Origin: Candidatus Hydrogenedentota bacterium
GTDB lineage: Bacteria; Hydrogenedentota; Hydrogenedentia; Hydrogenedentales; GCA-2746185
Direction of reading: 5' to 3'
DNA length: 35,345 nucleotides
NCBI GenBank assembly: GCA_046583315.1
Contig: JAYGCN010000280.1
Span: 1-35,345, forward strand
Under the pieces are notes generated by a model that was not told the DNA's origin, made no database searches, and worked only from the letters and a program-made list of their open reading frames with translations. Position numbers and translations under genes: made by a program. Positions 26,744 to 35,345 of the stretch are shown one piece after another; within the stretch, counting starts at the first letter, position 1, and every line of letters starts with the position of its first letter.

Positions 26744-27421
26744 ATGATTCGAATGGTCGACATATCCGTACAACTCGGTGATTTCCAGCTAAAGAAGGTG
26801 TCGCTCGAGGTTCCTACCGGCTCCTACGCCATCCTCATGGGACGCACCGGCTGCGGAAAAACGACCCTGCTCGAAATTCTGTGCGGCCTGACAAAGCCAA
26901 CATCAGGACGCGTCGAGTTGATGGGGCACGACATGACCCACGCAAAACCCGCGGAGCGAGAAATCGGCTACATCCCCCAAGACGGCGCCCTGTTTAACCA
27001 CATGACCGTTCTCGACCAGATAGGTTTCCCCCTACGCGTTCGCAAATGGTCCCGGCTCGAAATCGCCCATCGCGTCGGCGAACTCGCCGAGCAACTCAGC
27101 ATCGCCCACCTATTGTCACGAAAACCCCACGGCTTGAGCGGCGGCGAAATCCAACGCGTCGCCATCGGACGAGCCCTATCCTTCAAGCCATCCATCCTGT
27201 GCCTCGACGAACCGCTGAGCGCACTCGATCATGAAACGCGCTCCGGCATCTGCGATCTGCTCGAAGGTATCAAGAATCAGGCCGGCGTAACCTGTCTGCA
27301 CATCACCCACGACATCAACGAAGCCGCCCGTCTCGCCGATCGTATCTTTACCTTCGATAACGGAGCCGTGTCCACACGCGACACCACTCACCAGGCACAA
27401 AAAAACCAATCCCCGACCTGA
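26744..27421 (+). CDS. ABC ATP-binding protein (ModC/CysA-like, no TOBE tail)
   Basis: GRTGCGKT, PQDGALF-x-HMTV, LSGGEIQR, LDEPLSALD, HITHD. Confidence 0.92.
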   Translation: MIRMVDISVQLGDFQLKKVSLEVPTGSYAILMGRTGCGKTTLLEILCGLTKPTSGRVELMGHDMTHAKPAEREIGYIPQDGALFNHMTVLDQIGFPLRVRKWSRLEIAHRVGELAEQLSIAHLLSRKPHGLSGGEIQRVAIGRALSFKPSILCLDEPLSALDHETRSGICDLLEGIKNQAGVTCLHITHDINEAARLADRIFTFDNGAVSTRDTTHQAQKNQSPT

Positions 27422-27471
27422 CGTCGAGGATTGGGCAAGAATACAAAATTAAATTGTATACTTTCGCGTAA

Positions 27472-27675
27472 TTACGCGGGGCGGACTTTCGTTGCTTCGG
27501 GTCCTTTACGACCTTCTGCCGGCTCGTATTCAACCTTCTGGTTGTCTTCGAGAGTGGAATACCCTTCCATTTCGATGTTCGAATAGTGAACGAATACGTC
27601 GGCACCACCATCGTCGGGGGAGATAAATCCAAAACCTTTTTGATCACTGAACCACTTTACTGTACCTGTTGCCAT
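27472..27675 (-). CDS. Cold-shock protein, CspA family
   Basis: GTVKWF..KGFGFI (RNP1), DVFVHYS (RNP2), GRKGP-x-A; 67 aa. Confidence 0.97.
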   Translation of the reverse strand: MATGTVKWFSDQKGFGFISPDDGGADVFVHYSNIEMEGYSTLEDNQKVEYEPAEGRKGPEATKVRPA

Positions 27676-27921
27676 TTTTTAACTCTCTCTCTTCGCTGAT
27701 CAATTAAATGAAAAGCATTTCGTTGTTCCACGCTACACGCAGATATGGATACACATCTTGTCAATGTAGCACTATCAAATTCCGGTAACTGTATCGTAAG
27801 GTGTCGGCCTAAAACAACCCTTAATTCAGAATATTTCGCATTTTTATTTCTACCATGACCATTTTTCGCATAGGTCGTTGATTTTATTGACTTTAGGGGT
27901 TTTCCAAAATACCACATAAAT

Positions 27922-27950
27922 TTGGATTTCTACGCAAAATAACCTATATT
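27922..27950 (+). promoter_or_regulatory. Candidate promoter for the isomerase operon
   Basis: TTGGAT-17 nt-TATATT in an AT-rich intergenic region. Confidence 0.35.
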
Positions 27951-28023
27951 GCTTGTATTGCACCCGAATCTCCCACGAAAAACGGCGTGCCGTCTACAAA
28001 AATTCATCCCCTGAGGAGTTCTA

Positions 28024-29061
28024 ATGAGTACAACTGACTATCGATTTTCCTTCGGGCCATGGAATATCCACGAAGGCAGCGACCCCTTCGGACCCCAGGT
28101 TCGCCCGTCGATTGCCTTCGCAAATAAACTATCAGCCTACACCGAACTCGGTTTCGAAGGCGTGCAATTTCACGACGACGATGCCGTACCCAACGTAGAA
28201 TCAAAAACCCTCGCCGAACTCCAACGCGAAGCCGCAGAAATGAAAAAGGTTCTTGACGACGCAGGACTCGTCGCGGAATTCGTCGCGCCACGACTGTGGG
28301 AATCCGCCGACGGTATCGACGGTTCATACACCGCAAACGACCCCGCAATCCGCAAGCAAGCCATCGAACGATCCAAACGATGCGTCGACATCGCCCACGC
28401 GCTCGGCTGCAACATGCTCGTACTCTGGTTCGCGCGCGAAGGCACCTACATTCGCGAATCAAAAAACGCCATCGCCGCATACGATCAACTCGTCGAAGCC
28501 GTCAACGCAATGCTCGCCTACGACGCAACAGTCGAGATCGCCATCGAACCCAAACCAAACGAACCCATGGATCACGCCTACACACCCACCATCGGCCACG
28601 CCCTCGCACTCGCACACCGTTGTACTGACCCCTCACGCGTCGGCGGTCTCATCGAAAGTGCCCACGCAATTCTCGCAGGACTCGACCCCTCCGATGAAAT
28701 GGCCTTCGCACTGGCAGAAAACAAATTGTACAGCGTCCACCTCAACGATCAAAATGGATTGAAATTTGATCAAGACAAAACCTTCGGCGCCGCCAACCTC
28801 CGCATGGCCTTCAATCAGGTCCGCGTGCTTGAGCAGGCAGACTATGCCGCAACCGGCCGATTCGTAGGTCTCGATGTTAAAGCCATGCGCACACAAAAAG
28901 CAGCGGTCGCCACGGCACACCTCGCGAACAGTCGAAAAGTATTCCTGACCCTGGTCGACAAAGCCCGAAGTTTCGACACCAAACAAGAAGCTGCCCTCAT
29001 TGACGACCGAAACTACGAAGCCCTGGAACTCCTGGTGCTCGACCACTTGATGGGACTCTAA
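28024..29061 (+). CDS. Xylose isomerase family sugar isomerase (divergent)
   Basis: FSFGPW..DPFG, FHDDD, W-x-x-REG, IEPKPNEP, E-x-x-H, FDQD, LDVK; GAGGAG RBS. Confidence 0.85.
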   Translation: MSTTDYRFSFGPWNIHEGSDPFGPQVRPSIAFANKLSAYTELGFEGVQFHDDDAVPNVESKTLAELQREAAEMKKVLDDAGLVAEFVAPRLWESADGIDGSYTANDPAIRKQAIERSKRCVDIAHALGCNMLVLWFAREGTYIRESKNAIAAYDQLVEAVNAMLAYDATVEIAIEPKPNEPMDHAYTPTIGHALALAHRCTDPSRVGGLIESAHAILAGLDPSDEMAFALAENKLYSVHLNDQNGLKFDQDKTFGAANLRMAFNQVRVLEQADYAATGRFVGLDVKAMRTQKAAVATAHLANSRKVFLTLVDKARSFDTKQEAALIDDRNYEALELLVLDHLMGL

Positions 29062-29064
29062 TCC

Positions 29065-30072
29065 ATGCAGAAAAGCCTGATACAACGACTCGATTCAATC
29101 GCCGGCGACCCGAATTCAAAAGATTTCATCATCGCCGATGCCAAAGACGCCGACATGGCATTCGGAATCCCCGCAACCGGCACGAATCCCGACGGAACCC
29201 ACCCTTCCCTCGCCGCCTATCGCGAGAAAATAAAAGACGTCGTCGAACAAGGCATCGTCGACATCGTCATCATGTCCGCCTCCACCAACGAGCAGCTCGC
29301 CCTCGACGAACACATATTTGACGGCACAACCGTCACCCCCGCAGCACGTGCCAACGATACCTCCGACATCTGGTTGCCCCGCCACGGCACCTACGGCGAT
29401 GCCCCCTCCCGACCATTCCGCACCGCAACCCTCGACCATATTCAATGCGGAAAATCCAGCTGCTCATCCGAAGAACGCGCGGCAGGCACCAATCTCGGTC
29501 TCTACTCAATGACCTTTAACAACGATCTGCAACACGATACCCTGACGCTCCAAGCATTCAAAGATTTCCGCATCGAAGCAGAAGAAAAAGGGTTCCGTTA
29601 TTTCCTCGAAGTCTTCGCGCCAAACATGGAAGGCGCCGTAGCCGCTGAAGAAACGGGCATGTTCCTGAATGACCAAATCGCGCGCTCACTGGCAGGCGTC
29701 ACACAAGCCGGGCGACCCCTCTTTCTAAAAATGCCCTACTGCGGCCCCAAGGCCCTCGAAGAACTCGTCACCTACGATCCCTCGCTCGTCGTCGGCATAC
29801 TCGGCGGCTCCTCCGGCACATCCATGGATGCCTTCACCCTGCTCGAAAAAGCCAAAAAACACGGCGGACGTGCCGCGCTATTCGGACGTAAAATCAACAA
29901 CGCCGAAGATCAACTACTCATGATAGAATTGCTCCGACAAGTCGCCGACGGCACCTTACGCGCCGAACAAGCTGTTCGCGTCTATCACGACGGTCTCCAA
30001 GAACGCGGCATCAAACCCCTGCGCAACATCAAAGACGATTCACAAATCACCGCCCACGAACTGACCTTGTAA
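29065..30072 (+). CDS. Uncharacterised TIM-barrel protein, class I aldolase-like
   Basis: YFLEVF, FLKMPY (candidate Schiff-base Lys), ILGG and LFGRKI in the order seen in LacD/DhnA-type aldolases. Confidence 0.6.
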   Translation: MQKSLIQRLDSIAGDPNSKDFIIADAKDADMAFGIPATGTNPDGTHPSLAAYREKIKDVVEQGIVDIVIMSASTNEQLALDEHIFDGTTVTPAARANDTSDIWLPRHGTYGDAPSRPFRTATLDHIQCGKSSCSSEERAAGTNLGLYSMTFNNDLQHDTLTLQAFKDFRIEAEEKGFRYFLEVFAPNMEGAVAAEETGMFLNDQIARSLAGVTQAGRPLFLKMPYCGPKALEELVTYDPSLVVGILGGSSGTSMDAFTLLEKAKKHGGRAALFGRKINNAEDQLLMIELLRQVADGTLRAEQAVRVYHDGLQERGIKPLRNIKDDSQITAHELTL

Positions 30073-30073
30073 A

Positions 30074-31420
30074 TCAGGTGTTCAGCCGAAATTCGCCTCG
30101 ACCCGGAGTACCCAGCAAGCGATTCGCATCGTCATCATTCTTGATGCGTTCCTTTTTGCCGTCCCATTCAATCGGACGTCCGATCCGGTAAGAAAGATTC
30201 GCCAGAATACACATCACCGCAACCTGATGCCCGGCTTCGATATCCATGATCGGTTTCTCGCGACTCTTGATGCAGTCAAACCAATCCTGGTGATGTCCCC
30301 GAACTTTTTGCGCCTGGAATCCGTTCGCAGGCGGCGTATAATTCTTCGCGGCTTCTTCGGCAAAACATCCGCCGTCGCCACCACCAATAATTAGTTCACC
30401 CTTGCTGCCGAAATACGTAGCACCGAACTGATTGTGAAAATTATCACCCAGCGTGTGCTTCGTCGGCGTAACGCCCGGCTGCTCCCAGATAACCGTCAGA
30501 TCCGGATTCTTAAAGGTATACTCCACCCGCAAATTCGTCGGGCAATCCCATAGTCCCGTCTCAGGAGCGACACCCGTCGCATGAACCCGCACCGGACTCT
30601 TGTCATCCAAATCCAGGCACCACGACATCACGCTCAACACATGCGCGCCCCGGTCGCGAATCTGTCCGCCACCGAAATCAAGCATCCACCGGAAATTGAA
30701 ATGCACACGATCAGGGTTATACGGAACCCAACGCGCAGGTCCAAGCCACATGTTCCAGTCCAGATCATTTGGAGCCGGGCCGTTCTTCGAAGGATCGCCC
30801 CCAACCGGGTTGTCATAATGCCAGCACACCACCTTGTTCACGTCGCCAATCTGGCCGTTGCGAATATAGTTGCACGAATCGAGTGCCGCCCTCGTGGAAC
30901 GCCCCTGCGACCCGACCTGCATAACAATCTTGTTGCGACGTGCCGCATCCAGCATCGCGCGGCCTTCCTCAATCGTTTTACTCGCAGGCTTCTCAACATA
31001 CACATCCAGCCCTGCGTTCGCAGCATCCACCGCCATCAAACCATGCCAATGATCCGGCGCAGCAATCACAACAGCGTCAAGATCCTTGCGCTCAAGCAAT
31101 TTCCGATAGTCGTTATACCCCTGCGCCTTGCCATCCGTAAAATCAATGCCCATCTGCCGATGTTTGTCATAGACATCACACACCGCAGCAACCTGAACAT
31201 CATTTCGCCCCGACAGGAATTTCGAATGACTGCGACCCTGACCGCCCGTGCCGATCTGACCGATCACCAGTTTATCGTTGGCACCCGGATTGCCCTTCGC
31301 AGCCAACACACCACTGGGCAAAATCATCGGTGCGATTGCCGCAGTGGAAGCAGTCTTCAGAAATCGACGACGATTCATAACCGTTTTTTTGGCATTCGAG
31401 TTTTTCGCTAAGGTAGACAT
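30074..31420 (-). CDS. Tat-exported Gfo/Idh/MocA family oxidoreductase
   Basis: NRRRFLK twin-arginine motif; IGTGGQG, PDHWH, YVEKP, QVGSQ-x-RS, DWNMWLGPA, DRGAH. Confidence 0.93.
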   Translation of the reverse strand: MSTLAKNSNAKKTVMNRRRFLKTASTAAIAPMILPSGVLAAKGNPGANDKLVIGQIGTGGQGRSHSKFLSGRNDVQVAAVCDVYDKHRQMGIDFTDGKAQGYNDYRKLLERKDLDAVVIAAPDHWHGLMAVDAANAGLDVYVEKPASKTIEEGRAMLDAARRNKIVMQVGSQGRSTRAALDSCNYIRNGQIGDVNKVVCWHYDNPVGGDPSKNGPAPNDLDWNMWLGPARWVPYNPDRVHFNFRWMLDFGGGQIRDRGAHVLSVMSWCLDLDDKSPVRVHATGVAPETGLWDCPTNLRVEYTFKNPDLTVIWEQPGVTPTKHTLGDNFHNQFGATYFGSKGELIIGGGDGGCFAEEAAKNYTPPANGFQAQKVRGHHQDWFDCIKSREKPIMDIEAGHQVAVMCILANLSYRIGRPIEWDGKKERIKNDDDANRLLGTPGRGEFRLNT

Positions 31421-31439
31421 GACAATGATTCTCCTTCAA

Positions 31440-32096
31440 CTAATCGAGTTTCTTGATTTCAATATCCTTGAAACGCACTTCCATGCTCGGACCCGCATGC
31501 AGTTGCAACGCGATAATACCCTCTTTAGCACCAGCCGGATCATCCATGTCAAGCGTAGTCACTCCGTTCAAAACCATTTTGATTTGATCACCCTTACACG
31601 TAATTTCATATTGATTCCAGTCGTCCTTTATAACTGCCGCAGCAATTTTCGCTTTATCTTCTTTAGACATTTCGTTCCAATAAGGCAATATCCCACGCTT
31701 CTGCTCTTCATACAGCATGCCATAATATTCGTTGTCCGCAATATCCGCCTGGTACCCCGCCACAACATAATCATCGCGCTGCTCGCTACGAAACTGAATG
31801 CCGCTATTATGATTACCCAGCTTCACCTTCACCCGCAATACGAAATCGTCATACGACTTCTTCGTCGACAGAAAATGATTATGCCGAATCTTGCGCGGAC
31901 CCGATTTCCCCAGGATGACCCCATCCACCACACTCCACAGTTCCGGATCACCGCTCCATCCTTTGAGATTCTTTCCATTGAACAACGGCTTGAATCCGTC
32001 GACCGCGTTCGCATCTGTGACAAATCCGACGCTCAGAGCCATCATCAAACAAGAGACAACTGCAACGCGGGTTAATACGTGAAGTGAGTTAGACAT
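31440..32096 (-). CDS. DUF1080 (3-keto-disaccharide hydrolase family) secreted protein
   Basis: LFNGKNLKGW, NSGIQFR, GYQADI, WNQYEI, GIIALQLH, VRFKDIEIK; signal peptide. Confidence 0.92.
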   Translation of the reverse strand: MSNSLHVLTRVAVVSCLMMALSVGFVTDANAVDGFKPLFNGKNLKGWSGDPELWSVVDGVILGKSGPRKIRHNHFLSTKKSYDDFVLRVKVKLGNHNSGIQFRSEQRDDYVVAGYQADIADNEYYGMLYEEQKRGILPYWNEMSKEDKAKIAAAVIKDDWNQYEITCKGDQIKMVLNGVTTLDMDDPAGAKEGIIALQLHAGPSMEVRFKDIEIKKLD

Positions 32097-32224
32097 GAAT
32101 TTTCCTTTCAAACGGTGATATCAAAAAGCACAGGTCTAGGCTAACATTTCGATTACCAACATGCAACACGCCACTCGACGCAGAGGATGATTAGCCCTGA
32201 TTTCACTGGTAGTAGAAGCGATAA

Positions 32225-35200
32225 ATGATGTACGATCAGAGGATGAAGACGCGCTGCACATATCACGGCCTGCGTTTGGCCAAATTTCTCATTTTATTCA
32301 CGATTACAATAGGCTTGGCCCATTCCGCCTACTCCGATTCAGCGCTCAATGCGCAGGCCACTTCCATTCTGCAAAAACGCTGTTTCGACTGCCACGGCCC
32401 GGACACCCAACACAACGGACTTCGCCTGGATTCACTCGATCGCGTATTGAAAGGCGGAGAATCAGGACGCCCCGCGCTTCAGGCCAATTCCAGCAGCACC
32501 AGTCTGCTCATCGAAAAAATTACCGCCTCCGATTCCAATATCCGCATGCCCTTTGGGCGCGCACCCCTGTCCCGTGCCGAGATTGACGTCTTGACGCGAT
32601 GGATTGACTCCGGTGCAAACTGGTTCGTCAAATCCGACCCCTCGCAACACTGGTCCTTCATCGCGCCCACCCGCGTATCTCCCCCTACGCTGAACGACAC
32701 CTTCACCGTTCACAACCCAATTGATAATTTCATTCTCACGCGCGCACTCAATGAACATCTGGCCCCTTCCGAAACAGCATCGCGCTACACCCTGCTGCGG
32801 CGTACGTCACTGGAGCTCATCGGACTGCCCCCCACGCTCGAAGAAATCGAAGCCTTCATTGCCGACACCGATGCGGGTGCCTACGACCGACTCCTTGACC
32901 GCCTTTTCGCATCACCCCATTACGGCGAACGCCAAGCCCTTAGATGGCTGGACATCGCGCGTTACGCCGACACCAACGGTTACGAAAAAGATCGCCACCG
33001 CAGCATCTGGCCCTACCGCGACTGGGTCATCAACGCCTACAACGCGAACATGCCCTTCGACCAATTTGTGCGCGAACAACTGGCCGGCGACCTTCTGCCA
33101 AACGCCACCGAATCCCAACGCATTGCAACGGGTTTCCATCGCAACACCATGTTAAACGAAGAAGGTGGAATCGATGCCGCAGAAGATCGATTCAAGCGCA
33201 CCGTCGATCGCACCAACACGACCAGCACCGCCTTCCTCGGATTAACCATGGGCTGCGCGCAGTGTCATTCCCACAAATCCGATCCGATTTCCCGCACCGA
33301 GTATTACGAATTCTTCGCATTCTTTAATGACACCGAAGAAGCCATCATGCCGCTCAAGGATCCGGACATCATGCGTGCGGCAAACCGTGCAACACGTATT
33401 GGAGCCGGACTCCAGAATTGGATGACCTGGCTCGGCACCCGCGACGCGAACTCCATGGCCGCCTTCGATGCCTGGCTCAAAAAGAATAGCGAAGAGGGTT
33501 ATCTGTGGATGACACCCACGCCGATCAACATGCGCTCTGAAAAGGGCGCAACCCTGCTCATGCAACCCGATACCTCCATTCTCGCCACAGGTGACATCCC
33601 CAACGACGATACCTATACCATCAACCTCAAACTATCGGGCCAGAAGCTCACCGGCCTGCGCCTTGAAGTGTTCCCTGACGCCAGTTTGCCCGGCAACGGC
33701 CCGGGCCGTGGCACGATTCTCTCCGAAGGCGGTTTTTTGCTAACCGAACTCGAAGCCGCCCTGGTGCAGGGCGAGGTAGTAACCCACATTCTCATCTGCG
33801 ACGCGTCGCAAAGTCACTCAAGCAAGGACAAGACAGCCAATAAGGCCTTGGATGGAAAAGCCGACACAGGCTGGTCCATCGATGGGCAAACCGGAAAAGA
33901 AAATCGAGCCGTTTTTTCCTTCATCGATGCAATCCCTTCCACTCCCGGAGACATCCTGCGCGTCACACTGCATCACGACTACATCCATCAGCATACGATC
34001 GGCCGTTTCCGACTTTCCATAACCTCCGACGACTCCCCGAAAGCCTCCTCCCTTCCCGGTGCCATCGAGGACACCATCGGAGGCGGCGAGCGCGAAATCG
34101 CAGAAACTGATCGTGACGCGCTAAAATCGTTCTACTTCACCAATGTCGCTCCTGAACTCAAGAAATGGCAGACGAAACGCGCCAAATTTCTCGGCGAATC
34201 ACCAAAACAAAAGACCACACTCGTATTAACGCAGCGCACCCCCCCGCGCGAAACCCGTGTCCACAACCGAGGCGAATTCAACAGTCCCCGTCGAAAAGTA
34301 TCCGCCGATACCCCAAAAATACTGCCCGAAATAGCGACCGACGCATCAACTGACCGACTCGCACTCGCAAACTGGATAACCGGCCCCGAAAATCCCCTCA
34401 CCGCACGCGTCGTGATGAATCGACTCTGGCAACAAGTTTTCGGCAAAGGCATCGTCCTTACAACCGACGACTTCGGTCTCGAAGGCTCCCCCCCTACCCA
34501 TCCCCAACTACTCGACTGGCTCGCCCTCGAATTCATCGAAAGCGGTTGGGACATGAAAGCCATGCATCGTCTCATGCTCACCTCCGCCACCTTCCGCCAA
34601 TCTGCACACGCAAACCCTGACGCATGGTCCGCAGATCCCGACAACACCTGGCTCGCACGCGGTCCCCGCTTTCGTCTGCAAGCCCAACTGATTCGCGACA
34701 TGGCACTCACCGCAAGCGGACTACTCACGCCGACGATCGGAGGCCCAAGCGTCTACCCACCGCAACCGAAAGGTGTATTTTCTCTCGCCTATGGCAGCAC
34801 CAACTGGCCCACCGAAACCGGTGCGAATCGGTACCGTCGCGGTCTCTACACCTACCAAAAACGCACGGCCCCCTACGCCTCAGCCGCCGTATTCGATGCC
34901 CCCATGGCCGTCGAAGCCTGCGTACGTCGCGATCGAAGCAACACCCCATTGCAAGCACTCACGCTACTCAACGATGAGGTATTCTTGGAGGCCGCCGATG
35001 CCCTCGCAGAGAACCTATATGCCCATAAAGGTACACGCAAAGAAAAAATCGAAATTCTCTATCTGCGTTGCCTCAATCGACCTCCCCTGCAAAGCGAAAC
35101 CCAGCGAATTCTCGATTACTACGACCTATTCGATTCCGAGTTCACTGAGAATCATTCGGCCACCCGCAAGTTTGTCGGCTACAAATTGAACGTCCTGAAA

Positions 35201-35281
35201 GAAGAACGCATCCCTGTCGCCGCCTGGAAATCCCTGGCCCGCGTAATTCTCAACCTTGACGAAGCCATCACACGAGGATAA
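32225..35281 (+). CDS. Planctomycete cytochrome c, DUF1549 and DUF1553 (PSD1) domain protein
   Basis: CFDCH and CAQCH heme motifs; HWSF, YGER..WLD..RYADTNG, NPLTARV..NR-x-WQ, PTHPQLLDWLA, NTPLQAL-x-LLN, LNLDE. Confidence 0.93.
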   Translation: MMYDQRMKTRCTYHGLRLAKFLILFTITIGLAHSAYSDSALNAQATSILQKRCFDCHGPDTQHNGLRLDSLDRVLKGGESGRPALQANSSSTSLLIEKITASDSNIRMPFGRAPLSRAEIDVLTRWIDSGANWFVKSDPSQHWSFIAPTRVSPPTLNDTFTVHNPIDNFILTRALNEHLAPSETASRYTLLRRTSLELIGLPPTLEEIEAFIADTDAGAYDRLLDRLFASPHYGERQALRWLDIARYADTNGYEKDRHRSIWPYRDWVINAYNANMPFDQFVREQLAGDLLPNATESQRIATGFHRNTMLNEEGGIDAAEDRFKRTVDRTNTTSTAFLGLTMGCAQCHSHKSDPISRTEYYEFFAFFNDTEEAIMPLKDPDIMRAANRATRIGAGLQNWMTWLGTRDANSMAAFDAWLKKNSEEGYLWMTPTPINMRSEKGATLLMQPDTSILATGDIPNDDTYTINLKLSGQKLTGLRLEVFPDASLPGNGPGRGTILSEGGFLLTELEAALVQGEVVTHILICDASQSHSSKDKTANKALDGKADTGWSIDGQTGKENRAVFSFIDAIPSTPGDILRVTLHHDYIHQHTIGRFRLSITSDDSPKASSLPGAIEDTIGGGEREIAETDRDALKSFYFTNVAPELKKWQTKRAKFLGESPKQKTTLVLTQRTPPRETRVHNRGEFNSPRRKVSADTPKILPEIATDASTDRLALANWITGPENPLTARVVMNRLWQQVFGKGIVLTTDDFGLEGSPPTHPQLLDWLALEFIESGWDMKAMHRLMLTSATFRQSAHANPDAWSADPDNTWLARGPRFRLQAQLIRDMALTASGLLTPTIGGPSVYPPQPKGVFSLAYGSTNWPTETGANRYRRGLYTYQKRTAPYASAAVFDAPMAVEACVRRDRSNTPLQALTLLNDEVFLEAADALAENLYAHKGTRKEKIEILYLRCLNRPPLQSETQRILDYYDLFDSEFTENHSATRKFVGYKLNVLKEERIPVAAWKSLARVILNLDEAITRG

Positions 35282-35285
35282 AACC

Positions 35286-35345
35286 GTGTACGAAGACATC
35301 ACACGCAGACACTTTTTCCAGGACTGCGGCATCGGCGTCGGAAAA
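35286..35345 (+). CDS. Probable DUF1501 protein, 5' fragment
   Basis: GTG after GAGGA: MYEDITRRHFFQDCGIGVGK. Tat-like TRRHFF; DUF1501 genes usually follow DUF1553 genes. Confidence 0.65.
   Translation, partial: MYEDITRRHFFQDCGIGVGK

Noticed and set aside
1..35345. CRISPR array, IS element, prophage, rRNA, selenoprotein
   Set aside because: I saw no spaced direct repeats, mobile-element genes or rRNA motifs, and no in-frame TGA at a Cys-equivalent position.

Overview
Gene-dense bacterial chromosomal segment, moderately GC-rich. I see no phage, transposase, integrase or CRISPR signature. The content (DUF1549/DUF1553 cytochrome c, DUF1501 start, DUF1080, PQQ-like propellers fused to methyltransferase folds) resembles Planctomycetes-like or Hydrogenedentota-like genomes; this taxonomy is inference only. 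Left part: partial lepA, recO, a MacA/MacB-like pair without an ATPase, two GNATs, shikimate kinase, a CBM9-like protein, a VOC protein, a K+ channel, RraA, two lipoproteins and tRNA-Asn(GTT). Then a DUF2161-like protein, kelch and FG-GAP proteins, and a small secreted-protein gene broken by an in-frame TAG. The best candidate for an undescribed system is the divergon at 14670-27421. On the minus strand is a six-gene, mostly Cys-motif-bearing export operon: FtsX-like permease, LolD-like ATPase, membrane-anchored Cys protein, FN3-methyltransferase-propeller, PQQ-like propeller and an SGNH/serine-hydrolase fusion. On the plus strand, head-to-head, are a HesA-type E1 enzyme and a ModABC-like importer whose binding protein is a tandem duplication. 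Right part: a cold-shock protein, a divergent xylose-isomerase-like gene with an aldolase-like TIM barrel, a Tat-signal Gfo/Idh/MocA oxidoreductase with DUF1080, and a PSD1 cytochrome c gene followed by a DUF1501-like start. All assignments come from motif recognition by eye; no searches were run.
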